From Octopus bimaculoides (lineage: Eukaryota): a stretch of DNA of 64,000 nt. The first letter of the stretch is position 1. Every line of letters starts with the position of its first letter. The translations under genes and the position numbers were made by a program. The notes beneath the pieces are model-generated. The model was not told the origin of the DNA. It saw only the letters and a list, made by a program, of their open reading frames with translations, and made no database searches. Shown here piece after piece: positions 26,590 to 39,108 of the stretch. The stretch is from NCBI RefSeq assembly GCF_001194135.2, contig NC_068988.1:89491744-89555743 (forward strand), in the 5' to 3' direction.

Positions 26590-27448
26590 TGTCCCAGGTT
26601 GATTATACGCGTTCGCCACCACAACCTCGTTTAAGTTTAGCCGCCCTTCCCGTTTGTTTTCACTGTCCTGTTTGTGTTACCCATTTTGACCGGCCGCAGA
26701 ATTCCAAATTCTATTTAGTTTGCTTTGCGGAGCAACTGCTTTATCTAAAGCGTATATTCTTGAAATACGAGACTAGAAAAACAACCAACAACTGATGAAG
26801 GGTCGTTCTTTTATGTTTGTCTTGTTTTCCATTTGTGACTTACGTTGTTCGAAAGAATAGTTCATGTTCCCTGTACTCGTGCTTCGTACGTTTTCGTTGC
26901 ACACATATGCATATATATGTGTGTGTGTGTGTGTGTATGTGTGTACATACACGCATATATATATGCATATATGTATATATATACATCATTTATATTATTA
27001 TATGACTGAACGCCACGCGTCCTTTTCCAAATAATTTTCATCATAATAATTCTGATGCGCACTCTATACAATCTTTTTACTCTTTCGTTTTTCACTCTCT
27101 TATGCTTTTACATCCTCTTCTCCCACTATGCTATCCTATTACTGTCACTCTCTCACCCTCACTCTTCCTCCCATGCTCATGTGGGAAGCACGTGACCATC
27201 GGCCATCTTTCTTTCTTTCTTTCTTTTATTCTTTGTTTGTTTGTTTGTTTCTTTCTTTCTTTCTTTCTGTTGTAGCTGGAACAAGGAAGACGTGTTTCTT
27301 GTTTCCCTCCTGTCCTAACTTGATTTACGCGTTCACCACCACAACCTCATTTAGGCTTAGCAGCCCTTCCTGTTTGTTTTCACTGTCCTGTTTGTGTTAC
27401 CCATTTTGACCCTCCACAAAATCACAAATTTCATTTAATTTGCTTTGC
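26590..27448. repeat. Pair of ~139-bp diverged direct repeats (26590-26728 and 27311-27448), possibly Penelope pseudo-LTR remnants
   Basis: Shared CGCGTTC.CCACCACAACCTC...GTTTGTTTTCACTGTCCTGTTTGTGTTACCCATTTTGACC...TTTGCTTTGC. Confidence 0.8.
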
Positions 27449-28083
27449 AGCACCCACAACACATTTCAGCACCCACACCACATACTATCATCTGTACACT
27501 CACAAACCATCATCCGTACACGCACACATCATCATCCACACATCCACACATCCACACGTCAACGTCACTAGCCCCTATGCACACACACACACACTTACAC
27601 ACTTTCATGATCACATAACCCGTAACATTTGGCCTCGTAATTTCTCAGATCTCAATCCATTGGACTATAACATATTGAGCGTTGTTGACAGAGAGGTCAA
27701 TGAAAATGCCCGAAGCAACAAAGATTCTTTGAATGCTGCTATAATCGGAGTGATATCCAAAATAAACCACTTGATTCGAGCATGTAGATGATTTAGATCT
27801 CATATAGAAGCAGTCGTTGAAGCTGAAGATTGCTTTATTGAATAACATTATAGAAAAGATTTATTTTTTATCTCTATAGCATTTTTTGATGAATAAAGTT
27901 ATTATATGTTGTTATATATGTGTTTTTTTTATAAACATAAATCTATCCTCAAATATATTACGCACCGAGTATAAATACACGTGTGTGCGTATGTGTGTGT
28001 ACGCGTGTGTGCATGTGTGTGTGCGTATGTGTGTGTACGTGTGTCTGTGTATGCGTGTGTATGTCTGTCTGTCTGTCTGTGTC

Positions 28084-28245
28084 TAAGTTTTTCCCCAACA
28101 CGGCTTCACAATCAGCTTTGCTATGTTTACATCCTTGTACTTTAGCAGTTCGGCAAAAGAGACTGACACCATAAGTACCACGCTTAGAAAAAACAAGCAC
28201 CCGTGCCCCAGCATTGCAGCAGTCCAATGACCGAAGAAAATACAG
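28084..28245 (+). mobile_element. Family-B SINE tail following a GT/CTGT microsatellite
   Basis: TTAGCAGTTCGGCAAAAGAGACTGAC...AAGTACCACGCTTAG. Confidence 0.7.
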
Positions 28246-28444
28246 ATAAGAGATATGTAGAGAATAGTGAAAATATGTAGATTCGAAAAGTCACTTAAAA
28301 GAGAATTGATTATAATACTTAGCACAGTTTCACACTCTCTACCTCTTTAAGCAGTTTGGAATTCTATTTTACGTATGCATACACACAGAGATGTGGAATA
28401 TTCATATAACAATACTGAATTTATGAAGACCCCATGCATGGATA

Positions 28445-29347
28445 ATATTGGTTTGAAATTTTGAAACAAGGCCAGCAAATTTGAGGAAGGATCTTAGTCG
28501 ATTACATCGACCCCAGTGGTACTTACTTTATGGATTCTTAAATGATGAAAAGCAAAGTCGACCTCGGCGGAAATTGAACTCAAAGTAAAGACGAATGAAA
28601 TGCTGCTAAGCATTTTGCACGGCGTGCTAACTAATTTTCCAGATCGCTAACTTATTCTGTAGATGTTTTTCTTTCAAATTGTTGCGCAAGACCATCAATT
28701 TCAGGTGAAAACTAATTTGGCTATATGAATCAAACCTAGTGTTCAACTGGTATTTATTCTATCGACACCGTAAAGATGAGATGCAAATTTGACCACGGCG
28801 GAATTTGAACTCAAAGCGTGAAGATCAACGATATGCCGCTAAGTATTTTGCCTACCGTTCTTACGATTCCGTCAGTCCGCTTCCATATTCTGAAGATATA
28901 TTTCTTTGAAATCGTTACACAAGATCAGCAATTAAGGTAATGGCTAAGTTGACTATATCGGTCAAAACCACTGTTCAACTACTTCTTACTATATCGACCC
29001 CTAAAGGATGCAATGCAAATTTTACTATGGTGGAATTTGAACATAGTACGTAAAGATGGACGATATGCCGCTAAGCATTTTTCCGGCGTGCTAATGATTC
29101 TGTCTGTTCGCCTCCGTTTTCTGGAGAGATATTTCTCCCAAATTCTTGCACACGACTAACAATTTAAGGTGAGCGCTATCAATCAATTCTATCATTCAAC
29201 TGGTTCTTATTTTATCGACCCCACCAAAGGATGAAATGCAAGTTCGACCACAGCTGAATTTGAACTCAGAACATAAATATGGACGATATGCAGCTAAGCA
29301 TTTTGCCCGGTGTGCTAATGGTTCTGTCAGTTCACCTCCTTATTCTG
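28445..29347 (-). repeat. Tandem array of four family-A SINE-derived units (~230-bp period)
   Basis: Spacer motif T(A/T)TTCTG recurs at 28653, 28886, 29117 and 29341. Each unit contains AATTTGAAC and GCTAAG.ATTT SINE motifs. Confidence 0.85.
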
Positions 29348-29774
29348 GATATATATTGAATATCTGTAAATAGGGTAATGCATGGAAGCAGCAGAACATG
29401 TCATGCAAATGTCTTTCCAGAAAATATTTCATATGGGAGCCTTATGATTGCCTACAGGTAGAATGTAATTATAATATTGATTTCTAAAATCGGCATAACG
29501 CCAACATTTCAGTGGGTGCAGAGCATTTGAGATTGTCAGAACGGGTTTTATTATTGTTTTCTGTCGACAACTTAAGAATAAGAAAGAAAGCTGAATTTCC
29601 TTGTGATGTATCCTGATCACCCAATGAACTGGAATAAATACCAAAAGTTGTTTCGTATTCTGTTCGAGCACATCTGCCAAATCATTGCCCTATAATTAAC
29701 ATGTTTTAGTATTTGTACGCATAATAATAACAGTCGTTGAGATTTTATGTGACTCAAGATATATGTACATGTGT

Positions 29775-29848
<74 letters not shown>

Positions 29849-30095
29849 CTATGGGTGTCTATTTGTTCCCCGCACCATCTACTCTGAGAATCGTAGGATC
29901 AACGAGGTTAATATTCCGACTGGTGGAAATATGACTGTGAAATCTTCAGTGACAAAATTGTACAAAGGATTGATTGAGGGAATTTATTGTTACTCCGTTT
30001 AAAGCGCGAGATACATACCTACATACATACATACATGCACACATGCACGCACGCACGCATACATACATACATACATACATAAATACATACATACA

Positions 30096-30129
<34 letters not shown>

Positions 30130-31099
30130 CAGGTTGCAATGATTAAACTGTCGTCTGAATAACGCAAAAATGAAAATAACACTGGCATCTCATTCTAACG
30201 AATATATTTACCAAAATTACATGAAAAATATCTTGAAATACTAAAGAGTAAAAATAAATTTAATAAAATCGCCATTTGTTTCAACCATGGCCTCAGACGA
30301 CTTCGGAATCTCCTGCAAATCTTGTGACGGCCTCCTTGTTTATGTTGGTGAATGCTGCAATAATGCTCGCCTTCAGTTCAACTTTGGTGTTGCAAGGAGT
30401 TTTGCTGGTCCCTTGCTCAATTGTGCCCCACACATACTAATCAAGAGGGTTGTACTCTGAGGACTTATGTGGCTAGATGATGTCGCAAAAATTGATGATG
30501 TGGCTAGATGATGTCCCAAAAATTGATGATGTGGCTAGATGATGTCGCAAAAATTGATGATGTGGCTAGATGATGTCGCAAAAATTGTCTGACAGCCATG
30601 ACTGGGTTCTCCTTATTTTGTGGCATGTTGCAGAGTCCTGTTGCCAGACATAGGGACTTGCAGCAGCCGCACTTTGGACCTAGGACAGTACTACCTCCTC
30701 CAGGCACTTGATTGTAGGCTTCTGTGTTAAGTTTCAGGCCATGTGGTAAGATGAATGGAGGCATAACATCGCTATCACCAGTAATCACTCCAAACACCAT
30801 AATGTTGATTGGATATTTAATTTTTATCACTTTCGGTACATGTCCTGAGATTGCGCTGTCCTCAGATTGACACCCAGATACTCTGAAATATTCGTATTGG
30901 AGCTCCCGGCGCGAAGGTCAAGCAGCACGGCATGTCGCTTCCAAATTTCTAGCAGAGCAAATTACGTCATGGTGCTGCTTTTCTCATACACGGTTCCCAA
31001 CTGTCCCTACTATACCGAAGAGTCGACAAAAAGCAAAAACAAGCAATGTATATGCACGAAATAAAAAATACAAATTGGTGACAATTTACCCGTCATACC

Positions 31100-31102
<3 letters not shown>
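30130..31102 (-). mobile_element. Internally deleted Tc1/mariner-superfamily element (maT/DD37D-like) with TIRs and TA flanks
   Basis: Minus-strand transposase remnant MVFGVITGDSDVMPPFILPHGLKLNTEAY / YVWQQDSATCH...SWLSDNFCD / NPLD*YVWGTIEQGTSKTPCNT. Imperfect TIRs CAGGTTGCAATGATTAAACTGTCGTC and (reverse) CAGGGTATGACGGGTAAATTGTCACC, each next to TA. Confidence 0.88.
30467..30587. repeat. 31-bp minisatellite x4 inside the transposase remnant
   Basis: ATGTGGCTAGATGATGTCGCAAAAATTGATG starts at 30467, 30498, 30529 and 30560 (last unit partial). Confidence 0.97.
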
Positions 31103-31148
<46 letters not shown>

Positions 31149-31906
31149 CACGCACATATATACGTATATACATACACACACAAAACACGCATATGTATAA
31201 TATATTTACTTGCATATATACATAAATATGTATTCCTAAAGTCTATATGTGTCTGTGTCTGCCTGACATGAGTATGTGTGTGCACTGACAGATAGAGAAA
31301 GGGAGAGAGAGACAGAGATGCATACACACACGCATCCACACGCACACAAACATACATGTATAGACTGTCATATGTTAATATGTGCATATTGGTTTTGGCT
31401 ACGTATCTATATTTTACTGAATGCTGTGTATAACTGGTCGAATTAATTCAAAATGTTCATTTTAAATTAAAGAAATATTCAATATTTAAAATATTATGAT
31501 AGGCATCTTCTAAAACTTCTAAATGAAAAACGATAAACTTACAAATTGTCCGACTTGTATGTATTTACCCAGAATACATCAGGCCACCTTTTGAACTAAT
31601 CATTTATAAGAACATTATGCTGTATTTATCGTGGTATCTCTTTAAAATTTGTTTGTTCCATGATATATTTGTTACTGTTCCGTCTGTATGTTACAAAGAA
31701 GACATTTATTACGTTTGGCTTGTGTTTTAAACAATTAGTGTCATTTTTGAAGCCATTGTTACTGTCTGCTCTCATATTTTGGATATTAGATTTACAGCAT
31801 TGTCATCCTTCGTGAGGACACAAAGGTGGCATATATGTATCGTATATCCATCGGTTTACGTGGTGATAGTATATTTCCTTGCGCGGATATATATAGATAG
31901 ACAGAC

Positions 31907-31945
<39 letters not shown>

Positions 31946-32890
31946 CAGATAGACAGACAGGCAGACAGACAGACAGACAGACAGACAGGCAGACAGACAG
32001 ACAGACAGACACATACATACATACATATTACGGCAAATATATCTCCGTCTACATCCCTGACTCAATTAGTATTCCTGTATTTATAAAGCTGATTATCAGT
32101 TTTGTTTACGAAGCATTATTTTCGTATGTTCCACATAACATCACACCGCTTTCTCCAACAGGTTTCCACATAGCACACACGCACTATTCGCTTTTTTTTT
32201 TCTTTTTTCCTATCTTCTTTAGTCTCTTGGGGCAGAACTAATCACTTATTACTCAAAGTAAAGAATGCTCTGAGATTTCGAAATCCAGTTGAAATTTTGT
32301 GTGCAATTTCTGTGAAATTTTGTATGAAAATTTTCTCCAGTACTTCTACAACAATGTTTTCTAATTTTGGAACAAGACTAGTAATTTTGAATGAAGGGTA
32401 TTTGTCAACACAATCACTACGTCTACATTACTAGCATCGTATTCTCTTTCATTCGTAAATGATGAAAGACAGATTTGTCCTTGGCAGGGTTTAAGTTCAG
32501 AACATAAAGAATAGATACTGTTAAAGAGTTCTTCCAACTCTGAGAATCCGCTGACAACACTGGTCTTGTGCCTCAATCAGAACATAATGAAATCCTTCTC
32601 TGTGTGCCAGTGCTTGTGTGTTCACATTTACATGCATTTATATATGTATGTATGCGTGTGTGTGTGTGTGTGTATGTATGTGTGTATGTTTGTATATAAA
32701 CTTATATATATATATATATATATATATATACTGATATAGGTTGAAAATTAATAATTAACAACTAATAATTTCACCAAGTGGTTTTGTATGTTAAAAGAAC
32801 TATTATCGGTAAACTTATACAGACATGTTCTAATTATAAGCATAATTATAATTAGGGTTCAGCAAAATTGGTTCACCACATACCGAAATT

Positions 32891-33049
32891 TAGAAATAGC
32901 AGTTAAATACTATTCCACTACCCTAATATATCTCCTAGACAGCAATACTCCCAACTCAGGCATTTTTTCTCTTTGCCTGCTTGAGTTGGGATTATTGTTG
33001 TCTGGGTGATATAATACGGTAGTGGAATAGTATTTAACTGCTAATTCTA
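32891..33049. repeat. Long inverted repeat / fold-back (arms of ~72-77 bp, ~10-nt loop)
   Basis: TAGAAATAGCAGTTAAATACTATTCCACTACC...CCCAACTCAGGCA versus TGCCTGCTTGAGTTGGG...GGTAGTGGAATAGTATTTAACTGCTAATTCTA; about 7 mismatches and one 3-nt bulge. Confidence 0.92.
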
Positions 33050-33066
33050 TAAGCTTATAATTATAA

Positions 33067-33107
<41 letters not shown>

Positions 33108-33435
33108 NNNNNNNNNNNNNNNNNNNNNNNNNNNNNNNNNNNNNNNNNNNNNNNNNNNNNNNNNTATATATATATATATATATATATATGTACGTATGTA
33201 TGTGTCAGTATATATATTCTAAAGGCCATTTTCCTAATTAAGTTATTTAGTTACAACTTAAATTATTTAGGAACTGACATGCTAACTTCCTTTGTTCTCT
33301 TTGATTTCTTCTAAATTTATAGAATGGTGAAAGAAAACTTGAATTATAATAAGAATGCTCTTCACTGTTTCTCTTTTGATGTATAAGAATGCATATTAAG
33401 TTCCAAATTGTAGTTGCTTACCATTCAATTTAAAG

Positions 33436-33720
33436 CTATGCGAGAGGATTTGGTTGACGGAAACTGAAAGTATCCCGTCGCATATATATATAAACATGTG
33501 TGTGCACGTACCTTTGTTATTGTGCCCCCCACCCGAGTTACCTTCACAAAGAGTGCTGGTGTATTCACGTCAATGTTGTCAGCGGTTTCGGCAAGTAGTC
33601 GATAAAATGAGAAACAGGCTCTAGAAAATCAAATCCTGCAGAAGATCCGTTCTGCTAAAATTATTCATTGCAATGTACCAGCACGATTGCAGTCTAATGA
33701 CCAGAATAAGATGAAGATAA
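33436..33720 (+). mobile_element. 5'-truncated composite SINE family B with a short microsatellite core
   Basis: GGATTTGGTTGACGGAAACTGAAAGTATCCCGTCG + short TA/TG tract + degenerate tail. Confidence 0.7.
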
Positions 33721-33973
33721 CAGAAGATATATATATATGTGTGTGTGTGTGTGTGTATGTGTGTGTGTGAGTGTGTATGTGTGAGTGTGTGTGTATGTGT
33801 TTGTGTATAACAACGTATGTACGTAGATGGGTGTATAGATGTGTGTATATATATCCAAAAGTTTTAAACCAATATTTACATGCTAGTATCTATAGCTTTA
33901 TACGTGCTACGAGGTGTTATATGTGTGTGTGTGTTTGTGTGTGTGGGGGGGGNNNNNNNNNNNNNNNNNNNNN

Positions 33974-34028
<55 letters not shown>

Positions 34029-35040
34029 TGAACGACTGTGAGTGGGAGATTCTATCATAGGTTGAAGACGCGTATCCATCGCCGAAATTAATAAAGAACA
34101 TAACATTAGAGGTGGATGAAACGTCTATTATAGCTATTTTTGTTGGTTAACCATGCTAAATACGTATAACTGAAAAACGCAATAAAGTGAATTGCAAATA
34201 TTAGATGCAACTACAATTATGACACTCCAATGACTCATTGCTTTGAGTTTCTGAAAAGATAATTTGAAATCGTCATTGCTTGTAGAGTAGAAAGTGAAAG
34301 TGAAAGTGAAACTCAAAATGTCATCGATAATTCATTAGAAGGAAGAAGAGAAAATTAGAATAAACGATTCCAAATGGTTTCTGAAAACCTGTTGATTGTA
34401 GTAGAAATTATAGTTAATACACAGAAATAATAAAACGCATTCTGGCAAATATTCGTTCTTAGATATTTGATGGATATTATGCCGCACCTTTTTTTACAAA
34501 TGCACATGCTCAGACTACACACTTATAAGAGGATATGTGTGCCTGTAAAATTTTACATGGTCAAGTTTTATAGTAACTCTGTAGTCTTGTTTTACTTATG
34601 GAAGTCATTGATAAGCATTTCATAATAAATGAACGGTATTGAATGATCCTTTAGTGCACTCATTCACACGCGTACATTGTGCACACACTCTCACACACAC
34701 GCAGACACGTGGAAATACATGCACAAACACGCATGAACACGCGCATAAACGAGTATACATGAAGTAGATGGCCACTACAGATCACTTAACTGGCAAATGT
34801 GACGGAATGCTTCATACAAATAGTATAGTTGATTATAAGATACATACTTGTGCGTACTTGTCAACTCCTATCAGGAAAGCCATGGAAAAAAATTTGAAAG
34901 GAAAACCGAGCATATTCTCAGAAAAGTGTCTTGCATGCTGTCACTCAGCAGAGCTTTCACCCGTCAAGAGGCTGCTTGTCACGATGTTCGCATTGTGACA
35001 ATCGTGTGTTAAAACAATTGCTGAACCATGCAAACGTAGA

Positions 35041-35210
35041 AGAGTTGACATAAAGATATATGTTGACCTAGAGTTATATTTGACGTAAAGTTATATGTTG
35101 ACCAAGTGTTATATGTTAATGAACCATTGAAATGTAGAGAAGTTATATGATAACGGAGAATTTATATGCTGACGAAGAAACGTAGGAGAGTTATATTTTG
35201 GTGAATCGTC
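35041..35210. repeat. Degenerate ~17-18-bp minisatellite (AGTTATATGTTGAC-like)
   Basis: Recurrent (A/G)GTTATAT(G/T)TTGAC motif. Confidence 0.65.
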
Positions 35211-35289
35211 TTCATAATCTGATGAACAAATGATGTCACGTATTCTTTCGTGTCGGTTTAATTTAGGAACTAGGAGGGTGAAATCATCA

Positions 35290-35512
35290 CTTACATTGGT
35301 TTCAAATTATGACAAAAGTCCAGCTCTTTTGGGAGAGGGTCTAAATATTTACATTGATCCCTGGTGCTTAACGAGTACATATTTTATAATCTCCAAAAGC
35401 TGTAAAGCAGAATCGACCGCGGCGGAATTTGAACTCAGAGTGTGAAGATGGACGAAATGCCGATAAGCATTTCACCCAGCTTGATAACGATCTGCCAGCA
35501 CACTGCCCTTTC
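35290..35512 (-). mobile_element. Family-A SINE copy
   Basis: TCGACCGCGGCGGAATTTGAACTCAGAG...GATAACGATCTGCCAGC. Confidence 0.8.
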
Positions 35513-36049
35513 CCTGACTCATATTAAGAGACATCGAAACCACTTTATTAATATCACTGAGTACCTGGCCCTTGGCCTCCACATGCCCTGAAGGATAGGG
35601 TTGCATTTTCGAAGGACCATGAATTAATTATATATANNNNNNNNNNNNNNNNNNNNNNNNNNNNNNNNNNNNNNNNNNNNNNNNNNNNNNNNNNNNNNNN
35701 NNNNNNNNNNNNNNNNNNNNNNNNNNNNNNNNNNNNNNNNNNNNNNNNNNNNNNNNNNNNNNNNNNNNNNNNNNNNNNNNNNNNNNNNNNNNNNNNNNNN
35801 NNNNNNNNNNNNNNNNNNNNNNNNNNNNNNNNNNATACACCTTACTGTTTGAGAGGAGCAGCAACCGCCATTTAGATTGGAAGTGCACCAAGCACAAACG
35901 AGATTTAATCATGTATTGTAGAATTTGCATACTTAATTGAAGTTTGGCGAATTCTGTTTAAAATGAGAGATTACTCATTCCATATTCCTGTCCCAAATAA
36001 ATTTCACACACTCTCCAGCTTTTTTGTTTTTAAACATTCTTCTGTAATA

Positions 36050-36245
36050 TTGGTTTCAAATTTTGACAGTAAGCCAGCAAGCTTGGGGGAGGGGTTACGT
36101 CGATTACATCGTCTCCAGTGCTCAACTGCAGAGAGGATGAAACACAAAGTCGACCTCGGCAGGACGTGAACTCAGAACATAAAGATAGACGAAAGGTCGT
36201 TAAGAATTTTACACGCTGCGGTAACAAGTCTACCAGCTCATCAAC
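36050..36245 (-). mobile_element. Family-A SINE copy (internally deleted)
   Basis: AAAGTCGACCTCGGCAGGACGTGAACTCAGAAC. Confidence 0.78.
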
Positions 36246-36635
36246 TTTACATTTTTGTGTAATATTACGTAAAGGATGATATGAAGTAAATTCTTGGTCT
36301 TCTTAGAATATGAGCTAATATAACTTGGTTGATGTGGGTATCGATCTTGGATCCAACATTTTAAATATACGACAGTATACCTGTGGCTATATTGTAAAAC
36401 GTTGGGTGGATTTATTATTATAAGCATGCATGTGTATATATTTGGTTGTGTATGCGTTGCTTGTGTTATAAGAAAGCTCGTCCATAAGCATTAAATGTTA
36501 TATATTGGGAAACCTGCCAAAATCGTCAGGCGCATGACATGCTTAGAGAAGTAAAGTATCGGGGAAACAAAGTAGAGTATAATGTACATATATATATTTG
36601 CATACACATATTATATATATGTATATATATGTATG

Positions 36636-36693
<58 letters not shown>

Positions 36694-36936
36694 GACGCAT
36701 ACACACGTATATGCATGTGTGTGTGCATATGTATACATACATGTGTCTGTGTATGTGTGTACAGATGCATACGTGTGCACATTCATATGTATGTTATCTA
36801 ATATCCATTCGCGTATATGGAACCACAGAAATCTAAAAATTGTAAGTATACATATTGTAAGAGAGACAATAAGCAAATACATACCATCTACATATATAGG
36901 GGATTCTGTTAGCATATACAGACGATAACACGTGTA

Positions 36937-37827
36937 NNNNNNNNNNNNNNNNNNNNNNNNNNNNNNNNNNNNNNNNNNNNNNNNNNNNNNNNNNNNNNNN
37001 NNNNNNNNNNNNNNNNNNNNNNNNNNNNNNNNNNNNNNNNNNNNNNNNNNNNNNNNNNNNNNNNNNNNNNNNNNNNNNNNNNNNNNNNNNNNNNNNNNNN
37101 NNNNNNNNNNNNNNNNNNNNNNNNNNNNNNNNNNNNNNNNNNNNNNNNNNNNNNNNNNNNNNNNNNNNNNNNNNNNNNNNNNNNNNNNNNNNNNNNNNNN
37201 NNNNNNNNNNNNNNNNNNNNNNNNNNNNNNNNNNNNNNNNNNNNNNNNNNNNNNNNNNNNNNNNNNNNNNNNNNNNNNNNNNNNNNNNNNNNNNNNNNNN
37301 NNNNNNNNNNNNNNNNNNNNNNNNNNNNNNNNNNNNNNNNNNNNNNNNNNNNNNNNNNNNNNNNNNNNNNNNNNNNNNNNNNNNNNNNNNNNNNNNNNNN
37401 NNNNNNNNNNNNNNNNNNNNNNNNNNNNNNNNNNNNNNNNNNNNNNNNNNNNNNNNNNNNNNNNNNNNNNNNNNNNNNNNNNNNNNNNNNNNNNNNNNNN
37501 NNNNNNNNNNNNNNNNNNNNNNNNNNNNNNNNNNNNNNNNNNNNNNNNNNNNNNNNNNNNNNNNNNNNNNNNNNNNNNNNNNNNNNNNNNNNNNNNNNNN
37601 NNNNNNNNNNNNNNNNNNNNNNNNNNNNNNNNNNNNNNNNNNNNNNNNNNNNNNNNNNNNNNNNNNNNNNNNNNNNNNNNNNNNNNNNNNNNNNNNNNNN
37701 NNNNNNNNNNNNNNNNNNNNNNNNNNNNNNNNNNNNNNNNNNNNNNNNNNNNNNNNNNNNNNNNNNNNNNNNNNNNNNNNNNNNNNNNNNNNNNNNNNNN
37801 NNNNNNNNNNNNNNNNNNNNNNNNNNT
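36937..37827. other. Largest assembly gap (N run); one of about 19 gaps, mostly at (TA)n tracts
   Basis: Direct reading. Confidence 0.99.
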
Positions 37828-38524
37828 ATATATATATATATATATATATATATACGTGTATATAGGTGAATATATGTGTTTATGTGTTTGCGTAGATATA
37901 TATTTGTATCGATGCATATTCATAAATACACATCCATAGACTACGTTGCAGTGCTTATTTAATTTTTCGGCAAAATATATCTATATGCGTGTACATCCTA
38001 TTAAAATGTACCCAAACCATTGAACGTTTGTGCTGTAGATACAACTGCTTCGTAATCGCTTAAGTGTTTCTATGAATTAAGTACTGATTAAATAATATAA
38101 GCACGTAAGTTCGCAGTGCATAGAAGCAGCTAGTACTTGCAGGAATATTATCAATTCTTAGTGTGTCTGTCAGTTCCAATTCGAAGTCGACTATATTTAA
38201 TGATAAAAGTTTTCAAAATATAAATAAATGAACGAACAGATTCGCTTTAGTTGGTTATATCTTTGTTTTCGTCTTTTTTTTTATGCGAGTCAAATGTTGT
38301 TATTCATGCTATTGTTGAATTATAGAAATCAATCATTATTGTAAATGATATACACTGGAAACTATTACAACTTTTCTAAAAACATATATGAGCTAACATG
38401 AGCACATGCACATCCGAACTCAACTCGCACGCACTAACACACAAAATTATACCTACATATGGCTATTCATACACGCAAAGATTTATATACCAACACATAC
38501 ATGCATACATACATACATGTATAT

Positions 38525-38557
<33 letters not shown>

Positions 38558-38567
38558 GTTACTATTA

Positions 38568-38765
38568 AGTTAGCGAACTGGCAGACTAGTTAGCACACCG
38601 TTCTGCGGTGAAATGCCGCCGAGGTCGACGCTGCTTTTCATCCTCTCGGGGTCGACGCTGCTTTTCATCCTCTCGGGGTCGAGAAAGTAAGTACCAGTTG
38701 AGTACAGGGTTTGACGTAATCGACTTAACCCTTTCCACAAAATTTCAGCCTTGTAGTAGAAAGTA
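38568..38765 (+). mobile_element. Family-A SINE with an internal deletion and a ~26-bp tandem duplication
   Basis: GGTCGACGCTGCTTTTCATCCTCTCG occurs twice; followed by (TTA)n. Confidence 0.85.
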
Positions 38766-38768
38766 TTA

Positions 38769-38838
<70 letters not shown>

Positions 38839-38868
38839 GAGTGAGAGAGCAGTGCATGCCATCAAAGT
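38839..38868 (-). mobile_element. 30-bp end stub of the 47926-48480 element, attached to (ATT)n
   Basis: GAGTGAGAGAGCAGTGCATGCCATCAAAGT matches the left end of 47926-48480, and also follows (ATT)n there. Confidence 0.8.
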
Positions 38869-39075
38869 GGCAGTCCCACAGGCAGAATAGTAAATGATAG
38901 ATATGCAAGTTACCATCCCATTTCATACTACACTAATCTCCACTGAATAGAACTTCGTTCGAATCAATCCTCCGAGGTGTTTGATTGCAACAGAATAGCC
39001 ATATCTGTTTTGCGCTATAAATTCTTAAAACTAATACCCCGGATAGGCAAGACTGCAAGGTCAAGAAGAATCCAG

Positions 39076-39108
39076 TAACTAACCATAACCCTAACCCTAA
39101 CCCTAACC
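39076..39108. repeat. Short interstitial telomere-like (CCCTAA)n array
   Basis: TAACTAACCATAACCCTAACCCTAACCCTAACC. Confidence 0.8.

Noticed and set aside
30467-30587. CRISPR-like array
   Set aside because: Contiguous repeats without unique spacers, eukaryotic context and no cas genes.
36526-37939. Longest ORFs in the track (465 and 335 aa) and other X-rich ORFs
   Set aside because: They are open only because of N-gaps and TA/CA microsatellites.
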